A stretch of 64,000 nt of DNA from Synechococcus sp. (GTDB lineage Bacteria; Cyanobacteriota; Cyanobacteriia; PCC-6307; Cyanobiaceae). Positions 39,372 to 48,359 of this stretch are shown one piece after another. The notes beneath the pieces are model-generated. The model ran no database searches, was not told the origin of the DNA, and was given only the letters and a program-made list of their open reading frames with translations. The stretch's first letter is position 1. Every line of letters starts with the position of its first letter. The stretch is taken from positions 1,728,001-1,792,000 of the forward strand of contig JBJBDL010000003.1 in assembly GCA_047285305.1 (NCBI GenBank), written 5' to 3'. Made by a program: the position numbers and the translations under genes.

Positions 39372-41471
39372 TTAAACCAAAGGATCGCTGATCACCATTG
39401 AGGCGCAGGGGAGCTGACGGATCAATTTGCTGGTGCGATCACTGCCGGGAATCGGCAGACCGGCAACCCGCCTGCGCTGGGTGCGCAGGATCACCAGATC
39501 GTGTTCGCGACTAAGGCGATGAATAGCCCCGTCGATGCCGGGCCCCCGCACGATCACGATGTGGAACCGCTCATCCGGAATCCCCGGGGGGCGCCATCGG
39601 ATCAGCTGCTGTTCCATCCAATGACGGTCCTGGCCGCTGAAGCGGGGGTCGTGCACATGCAGCAGGGTGATCCGCACGCGCTGATCCTCCGGGGCTGAGT
39701 TGATCACGCGCAGCGCCAGTTCGAACTGCTCGCGGGCACTGGCGGAGAGGTCTTTGATCGGAACGAGGATCCGGCCCAGGCCTTTGTCGGTCTCACGGCC
39801 CAGGTTCACCACCACCACCGGACAGTGGGCCGTGCGGCAGACCCCATCAACGATGTCGCCCATCAGCCAGGCCCGGAGCTGATCGCGGCGGGCTGCACCG
39901 ATCAGCAACAAATCCGCGGCCTGCTCCAAGGCTGTGCGGCTCATGCCGCCGGCGATGTCTTCATCCAGCCGCAGCAGGCTGCGGGTGGGCACAGCCAACT
40001 GTGCACCGATGCTCTCCGCTGCGCTGAGGCGTCCGCGCGCTGCCGCAACAGCCCGGTTCAAGCCACCGCGCATCTCCTCGAGGCTGGGATTCACCATCGC
40101 CAGGGGCAGCAGTACACCTTCAGCCCCCGATGAGCCCTGCACCAGACGAGCCGCCATGCTCAGCAACCCTTTCTCGGTGCGGGGGTTGGCCACTGGCACC
40201 ACGATGCGCAGGGGGCGCTGCACTACCTCGTTAACGCCATCCAGCACCGCCGCCTCCTCACCGAAGCTGACCGGAACCGCATCGGGGCTGGGATCCTTGA
40301 GCCGGGTCACCGACTGCTCGGTGAGGATCGGCCCCAGGGTGGCCGTCACCACCATCACCGCCAGAACGCTGTTCAGCACGGTCTGATTGAGCAGGCCCGC
40401 CTGATAGCCGATGAAGGCAGTTGCCAGGGTCGCCGCCACCTTGGGCATCGTCAGCGACCACATCATCAGGATCTGGGCGCCGCGATAACCGAACAGCCGT
40501 CCGCTTAACCACGACGCCAGGCCCTTGCCGCCGATGGCGCCCACCAGCATCAGCGCGGTGAACTGAAAGTTGCCCAGGCTTTCGCCAAGGCTGCCCAGAT
40601 CCAGAAGCAATCCCAGATCGATGAAGAAGATCGGGATGAACAGCACGCCACCCACAAAAATCACCTGCTCCTTCACCCGGCCCTCTGGCAACACGGAATT
40701 CACCGCCAGACCAGCCAGGAAGGCGCCGACGATCTTCTCGACGCCGGCCAGCTCAGCCCCCAGGGAAGCCAGGAACAGGGCCACCAAAACAGCGAGCACC
40801 ATCCGGTTTTCATCGCTGATGCCCCGCAGCACCAGGCGCCGGCCCAGCCAGCGGATGCCGATCACCACCACCAGAGCGAAGCCACCGATCCTGAGCAGCA
40901 GCAGGCCCAGCCCCAGCCCGCTGAGGCTGCCCTGGCCCAGCCCCAGCCCCACCGCCAGCAGCAGCAGAGCGACGATGTCGGTGAAGATCGTGCTGCCCAC
41001 GCTCACCACCACCGACTCATCCTTCTGAGCGCCATAACTGCGCACGATCGGGTAACCCAAGGGGGTGTGGGTGGCCATCAGGGCGCCGAGCAACAGGCAC
41101 GACACCGAGGCGAAGCCCGCCATCAGGCCGATCGACACGCCCGTGCCCACACCGATCAACAGGATCAGCAGGCCATAGATGAACGAGCGGCGTTTGACCC
41201 GGTTGAACTCCTCCAGGTCAATCTCCAGACCCATCGTGAACAGCAGATACACCGCCCCGAGATCGGAGAGCAGCCGCACCGTTTCGCTGCTGCTGTCGAC
41301 CCAGTTCAAGGCATGGGGGCCCACCACCACACCAGCCGCCAGCAACCCCACCAGATCGGGCAGGCCCAGCCGCCGGATCAAGGGCGGCACGGCCGCACTG
41401 ATCGCCACCAACATCGAGAACACCCCGAGGGGGTGATGCATGACGTGGCTGATCGAGGCCTGCATGGCCAT
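39372..41471 (-). CDS. CPA2 cation:proton antiporter with C-terminal USP-like domains
   Basis: GVVVGPH, GLEIDL, TIFTD, VGAFLAG and PIFF motifs; C-terminal IVVPVANP and ILVPIK. Confidence 0.9.
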   Translation of the reverse strand: MAMQASISHVMHHPLGVFSMLVAISAAVPPLIRRLGLPDLVGLLAAGVVVGPHALNWVDSSSETVRLLSDLGAVYLLFTMGLEIDLEEFNRVKRRSFIYGLLILLIGVGTGVSIGLMAGFASVSCLLLGALMATHTPLGYPIVRSYGAQKDESVVVSVGSTIFTDIVALLLLAVGLGLGQGSLSGLGLGLLLLRIGGFALVVVIGIRWLGRRLVLRGISDENRMVLAVLVALFLASLGAELAGVEKIVGAFLAGLAVNSVLPEGRVKEQVIFVGGVLFIPIFFIDLGLLLDLGSLGESLGNFQFTALMLVGAIGGKGLASWLSGRLFGYRGAQILMMWSLTMPKVAATLATAFIGYQAGLLNQTVLNSVLAVMVVTATLGPILTEQSVTRLKDPSPDAVPVSFGEEAAVLDGVNEVVQRPLRIVVPVANPRTEKGLLSMAARLVQGSSGAEGVLLPLAMVNPSLEEMRGGLNRAVAAARGRLSAAESIGAQLAVPTRSLLRLDEDIAGGMSRTALEQAADLLLIGAARRDQLRAWLMGDIVDGVCRTAHCPVVVVNLGRETDKGLGRILVPIKDLSASAREQFELALRVINSAPEDQRVRITLLHVHDPRFSGQDRHWMEQQLIRWRPPGIPDERFHIVIVRGPGIDGAIHRLSREHDLVILRTQRRRVAGLPIPGSDRTSKLIRQLPCASMVISDPLV

Positions 41472-41532
41472 GGCTGCACCGCGGCTTGCGGACCCAGCAT
41501 GGTCGCGAGATCTGCCGGCAACAACAGCTTCT

Positions 41533-43320
41533 TCAGGAAGCGATAAGCCCTCCGCCGGCCTGCACCTGCCAGAGGTTGGTGTAGATCCCGCCCTGGGCCA
41601 CAAGGCTGTCGTGGCTGCCCTGCTCCACAATCCGGCCCTGGTCCATCACCACAATCCAATCGGCATAGCGCACCGTGCTGAGCCGGTGGGCGATCACCAC
41701 GGTGGTGCGCTCCTTGATGATCTGCGCCAAGGAGCGCTGGATGGCGGATTCGGTGTCGTTGTCCACCGCAGCGGTGGCTTCATCGAGCACCAGCACCGGC
41801 GCATCCTTGAGGATGGCGCGGGCCAAAGCGATGCGCTGACGCTGTCCGCCTGAGAGGCGCTGCCCCCGCTCCCCCACCAGGGTGTCGTAACCCTGGGGCA
41901 AGGCGTCGATAAAGCCAGCGGCTTCCGCCAGGCGAGCGGCCTGCTCAATCGCCACCGGATCAGGATCTGCAACGCCATAGGCGATGTTCTCGGCCACGGT
42001 GCCGTGGAAGAGGTAGACGTCCTGACTCACCAGGGCGATGCAGCGGCGCAGGTCCTGCAGCTGCAGGGTGTCGATAGGGACCCCATCCAGACAGATGAAT
42101 CCGCCATGGCGCTCATACAGCCGCAACAACAGCTTCACCACGGTGCTCTTCCCAGACCCCGTCGCCCCAACGATGCCAAGGGTCGATCCCGCTGGCACGG
42201 TGAGATCGAAGCCCTGCAGCAGCTTTGATCGGCCGGCATAGGCAAAATCAACCGCTTCAAAGCGAATCTCACCCCGCAGCCGCTGCGGATCCACCGGCAC
42301 CGTTCCTCCCTGGATCAACACCGGCGTATCGATCAGATCGAGCACCCGTTGCGTGGAGGCCATCGAGCGCTGGTACTCATCGAGGGTGCGGCCAATGGCG
42401 GTTAACGGCCAGAGCAGCCGCTGGGTGATGAACACCAGAACGCTGTAGGTGGCCACCGGCAGTTCCCCGGCCAGGGCCTTGAAACCACCGATCAACAGGA
42501 TCGCCAGGAAGGCGAACAGGATCGCGAAGCGAATCAAGGGGATGAAGGCCGCCGAGAGACGAATCGCCCGGGCATTGCTCTGGCGATAGGCCAGGCTTTC
42601 CGCCCGCAGGCGCTCAAGTTCCAGACCCTCGGCGGTGAAGCTCTTGATCGTGAGCATCCCCCCCAGATTGTTGGCGAGCCTGGAGGCGAGGTCACCCGCC
42701 CTGGCCCGCACCTCCCGATAGCGCGGCGCCAGCTGGCGCTGGAAATGCAGCGATCCCCAGAGAATCACCGGAATCGGAAGATAGGCGAAGAGGGCCACCT
42801 CCGGCGCCACCATCGCCATGCCGATGCCGACCACCAGCACGGTGGTGATCAACTGCAGGATCTGGTTGGCACCCCGATCCAGAAACCGTTCGAGCTGGTT
42901 GATGTCGTCATTGAGCACCGCCATCAGGCGACCGGTACTGTCCTGCTCGAAAAAGGCCAGCTCCAGCTTCTGCAGATGGTCGTAGGCCTCAAGCCTGAGG
43001 CTGTGTTGGGTGGTTTGCGCCAGGTTGCGCCAGAGCACGTCGTAGAGGTATTCGAACAGCGACTCCGCTGCCCAGATCACGAAGGTGAGCAGTGCCAGAC
43101 CCCACAGTTGCTGGCCGGCGGTCCTCAGACCGAAACCCGACAGCACGGATTGCTCCTTGAGCAACACCACATCCACGGCCAAGCCGATCAAGATCGGCGG
43201 GGCCAGATCGAACAGCTTGTTGAGCAGGGAGCAAGTCACCGCTGCAACCACCAGGAGGCGCTGCGGCGCCAGATGGCGCAACAACCGCATCAAGGGGGAG
43301 CGATTTGCTGAAGCTTTCAT
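41533..43320 (-). CDS. ABC exporter, fused permease and ATPase
   Basis: 6-TM domain, GATGSGKST, LSGGQRQR and LDEATAAVD motifs. Confidence 0.93.
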   Translation of the reverse strand: MKASANRSPLMRLLRHLAPQRLLVVAAVTCSLLNKLFDLAPPILIGLAVDVVLLKEQSVLSGFGLRTAGQQLWGLALLTFVIWAAESLFEYLYDVLWRNLAQTTQHSLRLEAYDHLQKLELAFFEQDSTGRLMAVLNDDINQLERFLDRGANQILQLITTVLVVGIGMAMVAPEVALFAYLPIPVILWGSLHFQRQLAPRYREVRARAGDLASRLANNLGGMLTIKSFTAEGLELERLRAESLAYRQSNARAIRLSAAFIPLIRFAILFAFLAILLIGGFKALAGELPVATYSVLVFITQRLLWPLTAIGRTLDEYQRSMASTQRVLDLIDTPVLIQGGTVPVDPQRLRGEIRFEAVDFAYAGRSKLLQGFDLTVPAGSTLGIVGATGSGKSTVVKLLLRLYERHGGFICLDGVPIDTLQLQDLRRCIALVSQDVYLFHGTVAENIAYGVADPDPVAIEQAARLAEAAGFIDALPQGYDTLVGERGQRLSGGQRQRIALARAILKDAPVLVLDEATAAVDNDTESAIQRSLAQIIKERTTVVIAHRLSTVRYADWIVVMDQGRIVEQGSHDSLVAQGGIYTNLWQVQAGGGLIAS

Positions 43321-43391
43321 GAGGGTTCGTTCCGACACGGTTTTCACCCCTGAAGACGCACTACAACGGAACAACAATTGAAGGAGGTGCC

Positions 43392-43586
43392 ATGAGCCGA
43401 TCAAGGTCGTTCAACCGCTTTCACCGCTACCTGGCGCGGCAGAAACGCCGCGGACTGCGGGCTGTCTTGCCCCAGTTCCCGGACGCCCGTGAGAATCAGC
43501 AAAGCCCAACCAACAGCAGCGATAGCGTGCTGCGTCGGCTGAGCTTGCGTGAAATGGAATTGGACCTGATGGAGGCCGAGGCCTGA
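43392..43586 (+). CDS. Small hypothetical protein
   Basis: 64-aa ATG ORF with AGGAGG at 43382-43387. Confidence 0.55.
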   Translation: MSRSRSFNRFHRYLARQKRRGLRAVLPQFPDARENQQSPTNSSDSVLRRLSLREMELDLMEAEA

Positions 43587-43589
43587 GCC

Positions 43590-43877
43590 TCAGCCGCGGT
43601 AACCGCCACCACCACCACGGGGGCCGCCGGAGCGCTCCCGAGGGGTGGCTTTGCTGACGCGGATCATGCGGCCCATCCACTCCACGTCCTGAAGATCGTC
43701 GATGGCCTTCTGCTCATCGGCATCGTTGACCATTTCAACGAAGGCGAAGCCGCGTTTGCGGCCGGTCTCACGATCCAGGGGCAGGCTGCAGTTCTTGACC
43801 TCGCCGTACTCACTGAAGAGATCGAAGAGGTGCTCCTGCTCCGCCTGGAACGAAAGATTGCCGATGTAGATGGTCAT
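43590..43877 (-). CDS. rbp: RRM RNA-binding protein with a Gly-rich tail (cyanobacterial Rbp)
   Basis: RNP2 IYIGNL, RNP1 RGFAFVEM and a GGPRGGGGGY tail. Confidence 0.95.
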   Translation of the reverse strand: MTIYIGNLSFQAEQEHLFDLFSEYGEVKNCSLPLDRETGRKRGFAFVEMVNDADEQKAIDDLQDVEWMGRMIRVSKATPRERSGGPRGGGGGYRG

Positions 43878-44074
43878 GGACCGTGGAACCGTTGAACGTG
43901 CTCAGTGGCTTGAGCCGGTTCCGAAAGCTCGGAAAGGACCAGTGCTCAAGCTTGAACCCGATGACGTTACAGGGCAGACGCACGAATCAACACAAAAAAA
44001 AGGAGCAATTGCGAAGACTCACCCGCAACCGAGCCATCAACTCCATTGTCAGAAGACCCTGACGCAGGAGAGAG

Positions 44075-44269
44075 ATGACATTCGACAACCTTTGCTTCCA
44101 AGCCCTGGCCTGGACCACCGAAGGAGAACTGGATCCGCTGGACAAGCTTGTGCTGCTCAACAACTTGATCCGGCAGGCCACTCCCAGTGAGCAGGTCGAG
44201 TTGATTCAGGTGGTGGAGAAATTGGCCCTGCTTCAGCCGGAGGCCACCGTGCAGGTAAGCCAACTCTGA
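44075..44269 (+). CDS. Small hypothetical protein
   Basis: 64-aa ATG ORF preceded by AGGAG; helical, Leu-rich. Confidence 0.6.
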   Translation: MTFDNLCFQALAWTTEGELDPLDKLVLLNNLIRQATPSEQVELIQVVEKLALLQPEATVQVSQL

Positions 44270-44289
44270 CCTTGCATGATCCCCGGGGA

Positions 44290-44541
44290 TCAGAGGCCGT
44301 AGGTCTCGGCAGCTTTGGCCTTGCAAATGGCCTGGGCCGTCTGGATCACCGCCACGTTCTGCACCTCGGCCAGAAAGCAACGGCAGGTGTCATCCACCAT
44401 TCCCTCAGGAGGAACGGTCCCAGCCCTCTGCAGTTCGGCCTTGACGGCCGTTCTGCAGAACTGAGTGATCAGGCTGTTGTCCGAGGCTGAAGCAGCCAGG
44501 GGAGCCGACATCAGACCAAATGCCAACAGCGCACGCATCAA
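44290..44541 (-). CDS. Small secreted Cys-containing protein
   Basis: Signal peptide MMRALLAFGLMSAPLAASA and four Cys (C..CRC..C). Confidence 0.7.
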   Translation of the reverse strand: MMRALLAFGLMSAPLAASASDNSLITQFCRTAVKAELQRAGTVPPEGMVDDTCRCFLAEVQNVAVIQTAQAICKAKAAETYGL

Positions 44542-46319
44542 GAGGCCTTGGTGATTTGTAGTTCGCGGTTCATCACGCGCAGGCGTTGAAGGCTGTTGAA
44601 CACATCCTCCGGCATGCCCTTGGGAAGATCCACCAGGCTGTGATTGTCAAAAATCTGGATGCGGCCGATCATCCGGCCCTGCAGACCGGTCTCGCCGGCG
44701 ATGGCGCCTACCAGGTTGCCCGGCTTGACACGATCGCGGTGACCGACCTCAACGCGGTAGCGCTGCATGTTCTCCTCAGGAGCCCGGGCCGGACGCTCGC
44801 GCCGCTCACGGCGGTCTCCTGAATGGCGATCGCGGTCGCGGTCGTTGCGACGGGTGTTCTGAATCCAGTCGTCGTCGCCCTTGCGCAGCAGCGCATCGGG
44901 GCCGATGGCCAGGTTGAGCGCCGCCATGGCCAGCTGCTCGGGGCTGAGCTCAAGCTCCGTGGCCACCCGCTGCATCAATTCCTGGAGCAGGGCCGCTTCA
45001 TCGACATCAGGGCGTTGGGATTGGGCCGCATCACTCAAACGCTTGCGCAGGCGGTCCAGCCGTCCCTGGTTGATGGCCGTGTTGCCGGGCACCTCCATAG
45101 CTTCGATCGGTTGACCCGTGGCCCGCTCGAGGTTGCGGATGAAACGGCGTTCCCGTGGGGTCACGAATAGAACCGCTTCTCCGGTGCGTCCAGCCCGGCC
45201 CGTCCGGCCGATGCGGTGAACGTAGGCCTCGCTGTCGAACGGCATGTCGTAGTTGATCACAAGGCCGATGCGCTCCACATCGAGACCCCGCGCTGCAACG
45301 TCAGTTGCCACAAGGATGTCGACCGATCCACTGCGCAGCCGCTCAACGGTGCGTTCCCGTTGGTTCTGGGGAACGTCACCATTGAGAACCGCCACCTGAT
45401 GGCCACCAGCCTCAAGGGTTTCGGCCACAGTCAGGGTGATCGCCTTGGTGCGGGCGAAGATGATCACACCCTCGCCACCACAGGCGTCGAGAACCCGTTG
45501 CAGGGCCTCGAGCTTGTGCGGCATCGGCACCGTGATCGAACGCTGGCGGATCCGCTTGCCTTCCTGGTCCTTGGTGCGGATCGTGACCTCAGCCGGGTCC
45601 TTGAGATAACGCTTGGAGAGGCGACGGATCTCAGGAGGCATCGTCGCGGAGAACAGCACCACCTGGCGCTGCTCAGGAAGCTGATCGAGAATCCACTCCA
45701 CATCGTCGATGAAGCCCATGCGGAGCATTTCGTCCGCTTCGTCGAGCACCAGGCTGCGCAGACCGCTGGTGTCGAGCGTGCCCTGACGCATGTGGTCCAT
45801 CACCCGGCCGGGGGTGCCCACCACCACATCAACCCCGCGCCTGAGGGCACTGATCTGAGAGCGGAAATCCGTGCCGCCGTACACCGCCAGCACCTTCAGA
45901 TGGGGATGGCCGGCGGAATAGGCCTTGAACGACTCGGCCACCTGCATCGCGAGCTCCCTTGTGGGGGCGAGCACGAGGGCCTGGGGTGTTTTCTGTCCGC
46001 TCTCGAGACGCTCTAGCAACGGCAAGGCAAACGCTGCCGTTTTGCCGGTGCCGGTCTGGGCCTGACCCACCAGATCGCGGCCGAGCATTAGCTCGGGGAA
46101 GGCCGCCTTCTGAATGGGGGAAGGTTCGCTGTATCCCTTGTCAGCCAGGGTGCGTAGCAGGGCCTCACTGAAACCAAAACCTGCGAAACCGGATTCCGGT
46201 TCAGCCGATGTGATGGTGGTGGTGAACACCTCAGTATTGGAGTTGGATTCCGGCAATTCGGATGCAGAAAGATCGACTGCGCAGGCGGAATCATCGCGCT
46301 GCTGTTGCTGTTCAGTCAT
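44538..46319 (-). CDS. deaD: DEAD-box RNA helicase with a DbpA-type C-terminal domain
   Basis: AQTGTGKT, PTRELA, DEAD, SAT and HRIGRTGR motifs; C-terminal VEVGHRDRVKPGNLVGAIA. Confidence 0.93.
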   Translation of the reverse strand: MTEQQQQRDDSACAVDLSASELPESNSNTEVFTTTITSAEPESGFAGFGFSEALLRTLADKGYSEPSPIQKAAFPELMLGRDLVGQAQTGTGKTAAFALPLLERLESGQKTPQALVLAPTRELAMQVAESFKAYSAGHPHLKVLAVYGGTDFRSQISALRRGVDVVVGTPGRVMDHMRQGTLDTSGLRSLVLDEADEMLRMGFIDDVEWILDQLPEQRQVVLFSATMPPEIRRLSKRYLKDPAEVTIRTKDQEGKRIRQRSITVPMPHKLEALQRVLDACGGEGVIIFARTKAITLTVAETLEAGGHQVAVLNGDVPQNQRERTVERLRSGSVDILVATDVAARGLDVERIGLVINYDMPFDSEAYVHRIGRTGRAGRTGEAVLFVTPRERRFIRNLERATGQPIEAMEVPGNTAINQGRLDRLRKRLSDAAQSQRPDVDEAALLQELMQRVATELELSPEQLAMAALNLAIGPDALLRKGDDDWIQNTRRNDRDRDRHSGDRRERRERPARAPEENMQRYRVEVGHRDRVKPGNLVGAIAGETGLQGRMIGRIQIFDNHSLVDLPKGMPEDVFNSLQRLRVMNRELQITKAS

Positions 46320-46423
46320 GAAAGGTGGCTTCGCCTGATTGATCTCTGAAATCAGGCTCACAACCTCCTTGCAACGTAAGAGTTGCGCTCTGGTTGTGTT
46401 GCCTACGCTTCAAAGGTTGAGGA

Positions 46424-46765
46424 TCAAGTTATCACCCGGCCGTAATCATCGTGCAGCCTTTCGATGTCGTCTTCCCGCAGATCATCACCGTGCTGAACTT
46501 CCAGAATCAGCAGATCTGAACCGTCTGCACGGGCGCGATGCACAGCGCCGCAGGGGATCGTGAACATGACGCCCGCGCTGGCGGGGTTCCAGGTCTCTTC
46601 GCAAAGCAGAGCCCCTGAGCCGGACAACACGGTCCAACTTTCACTGCGATGACGATGCCGCTGCAGCGACAACTGCTGCCCGGCACGAACCAGCAGCCGT
46701 TTGACCAAATAGTTGTCCCCCTGGGTCAACGTTTCGTACCAGCCCCAGGGTCGCTCAACCCGCAT
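46424..46765 (-). CDS. Stand-alone type II phosphomannose isomerase cupin domain
   Basis: RPWGWY, LSLQRHRHRSESW, EVQHG and EDDIER..DDYGR motifs. Confidence 0.88.
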   Translation of the reverse strand: MRVERPWGWYETLTQGDNYLVKRLLVRAGQQLSLQRHRHRSESWTVLSGSGALLCEETWNPASAGVMFTIPCGAVHRARADGSDLLILEVQHGDDLREDDIERLHDDYGRVIT

Positions 46766-46778
46766 CAGTCCACCCGCG

Positions 46779-48359
46779 TCAGATCAGCGTCACCAGGTCA
46801 AGGCTGGCACGGGCACGCGTGATCGCTGTGTAAAGCAACCGGCGTTGATGTTCAGCAGCCGGGCCATCCTCGAGGGGGTCTGGCCAGAGCACGATCACCC
46901 GATCCGCCTCACTGCCCTGGGCCCGATGGATAGTGAGCGCAACCGCCGGCTCCAGACGCCGCAAACGGGCTGGATGCAAACGGCGCACCTGCAGCTGGCC
47001 GTCCGGATCCACCACCTGGAACAACAGGCGTCGTTCAGAGCCTGCCCCGATCACAACCCCGAGGTCACCATTGGCCAAGCCGAGATCCGGTTGGTTGCTG
47101 CCGCAGATCACCGGCAAGCCGATCGGCCAACGCTCGACCTTGCCAGCGGCATTGGCCCCCAGCAGCGTGCGGTGCACATCATCAAGACTCCACGCCCCCC
47201 GGCGGCGTGGACAGAGCAACAGGTCCTGCTCGAGCAGCGCAAACAAGGGACGGGACTCCGCCATCAGCTCCTGCTCGGTGCAGCGGTCAAGATCAACCGT
47301 CCGCGCCTGAAGCTGCTGGAGGCGAAGAATCCAGCGCTGGCGCACCAGGTCTGGAAAACGACGAAGGGGGCTGGGATGCACCTGAAGATTGGCCTGCTGA
47401 GGCAAGGCGGCCAGATCCGTTGCAAAGGCCTGCAGATCCCCCTGGCGCAACTTTTGCGCCACCTGCGCCAGGGCACCGCGGTTTCGGTAGGTGCGCTCCA
47501 GATGCACGGCGCCGGCACCGAAACGGCCGCGCACGTCCGGCTGCTGAAGCCGATGCCAGACCGCACCACTCCCCACTGGCGGCAGCTGAGCTGCATCCCC
47601 CACCAACAGCAACCGGCAACCGCTGGGCAACGCCTCCAGCAGAGCCTGGGTTAAGGCCAGATCCAGCATCGACATCTCGTCGATCACCAGCAGATCCAGC
47701 TCCAAGGGACGCTGGCGGTGCCTGCCGAAGCCACGGCTGCCGGCCTCCAACCAGCGGTGGAGGGTGCTGCAGGGCAACTGAGCCCGCTGCGCCATCACCG
47801 CTTCCCCCAGGCGACGGGCCGCCTTGCCGGTGGGGGCCGCCAAACCGATGCGCAGGCAGGGATGGCGGGCTTCCGCCCGGGCCAGAATCTCAACCACCGT
47901 GCTGGTTTTGCCTGTGCCCGGACCACCGCTGAGCAGCACAACCGAGGCCTGATCCAGGGCGCGCACGGCGGCGCACTGTTCAGCGTTGAGACGATCCGAC
48001 AGCTCTGGATCGGCAGCCTTGACGGGTTTGGGAAGCGGAGCATGGGCCCGCTCCACCAGCTCGGCCACCACCTGCTCCATGGCCTGCAACCAGCGGCGCC
48101 AGCCCAGCCGATCACCCTGAAGCAGCAGGGGGGATGCATCCCCCTCCAGCCAGCCACTGGCCTTGGCAACAGCCAGCCGCTCCGGCGTCAGCGCCACCGT
48201 CAACTCCCCCTGCTCCAAGGCCAGCACCAGATCGCGACTGAGCTCCTCCAAGGCGGGGCCATCAGCCTGGGGCGGGATCCGTCGCCGCAGGGCGGCATGG
48301 AGTCCGGCCGTGAAGCTGGAGGGCCAGGTGCTGGTTCCCGGGGGCAGCAGCCCCGTCAC
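46779..48359 (-). CDS. recD: Exodeoxyribonuclease V alpha subunit
   Basis: GGPGTGKT, APTGKAA, IDEMSM, GDAAQLPPV, NGDLG, TIHRAQGSE and YTAITRA motifs. Confidence 0.93.
   Translation of the reverse strand: MTGLLPPGTSTWPSSFTAGLHAALRRRIPPQADGPALEELSRDLVLALEQGELTVALTPERLAVAKASGWLEGDASPLLLQGDRLGWRRWLQAMEQVVAELVERAHAPLPKPVKAADPELSDRLNAEQCAAVRALDQASVVLLSGGPGTGKTSTVVEILARAEARHPCLRIGLAAPTGKAARRLGEAVMAQRAQLPCSTLHRWLEAGSRGFGRHRQRPLELDLLVIDEMSMLDLALTQALLEALPSGCRLLLVGDAAQLPPVGSGAVWHRLQQPDVRGRFGAGAVHLERTYRNRGALAQVAQKLRQGDLQAFATDLAALPQQANLQVHPSPLRRFPDLVRQRWILRLQQLQARTVDLDRCTEQELMAESRPLFALLEQDLLLCPRRRGAWSLDDVHRTLLGANAAGKVERWPIGLPVICGSNQPDLGLANGDLGVVIGAGSERRLLFQVVDPDGQLQVRRLHPARLRRLEPAVALTIHRAQGSEADRVIVLWPDPLEDGPAAEHQRRLLYTAITRARASLDLVTLI

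Noticed and set aside
44009..44062. 17-codon TTG ORF after AAGGAG
   Set aside because: The SD-to-start spacing is only 3 nt and nothing else supports it.
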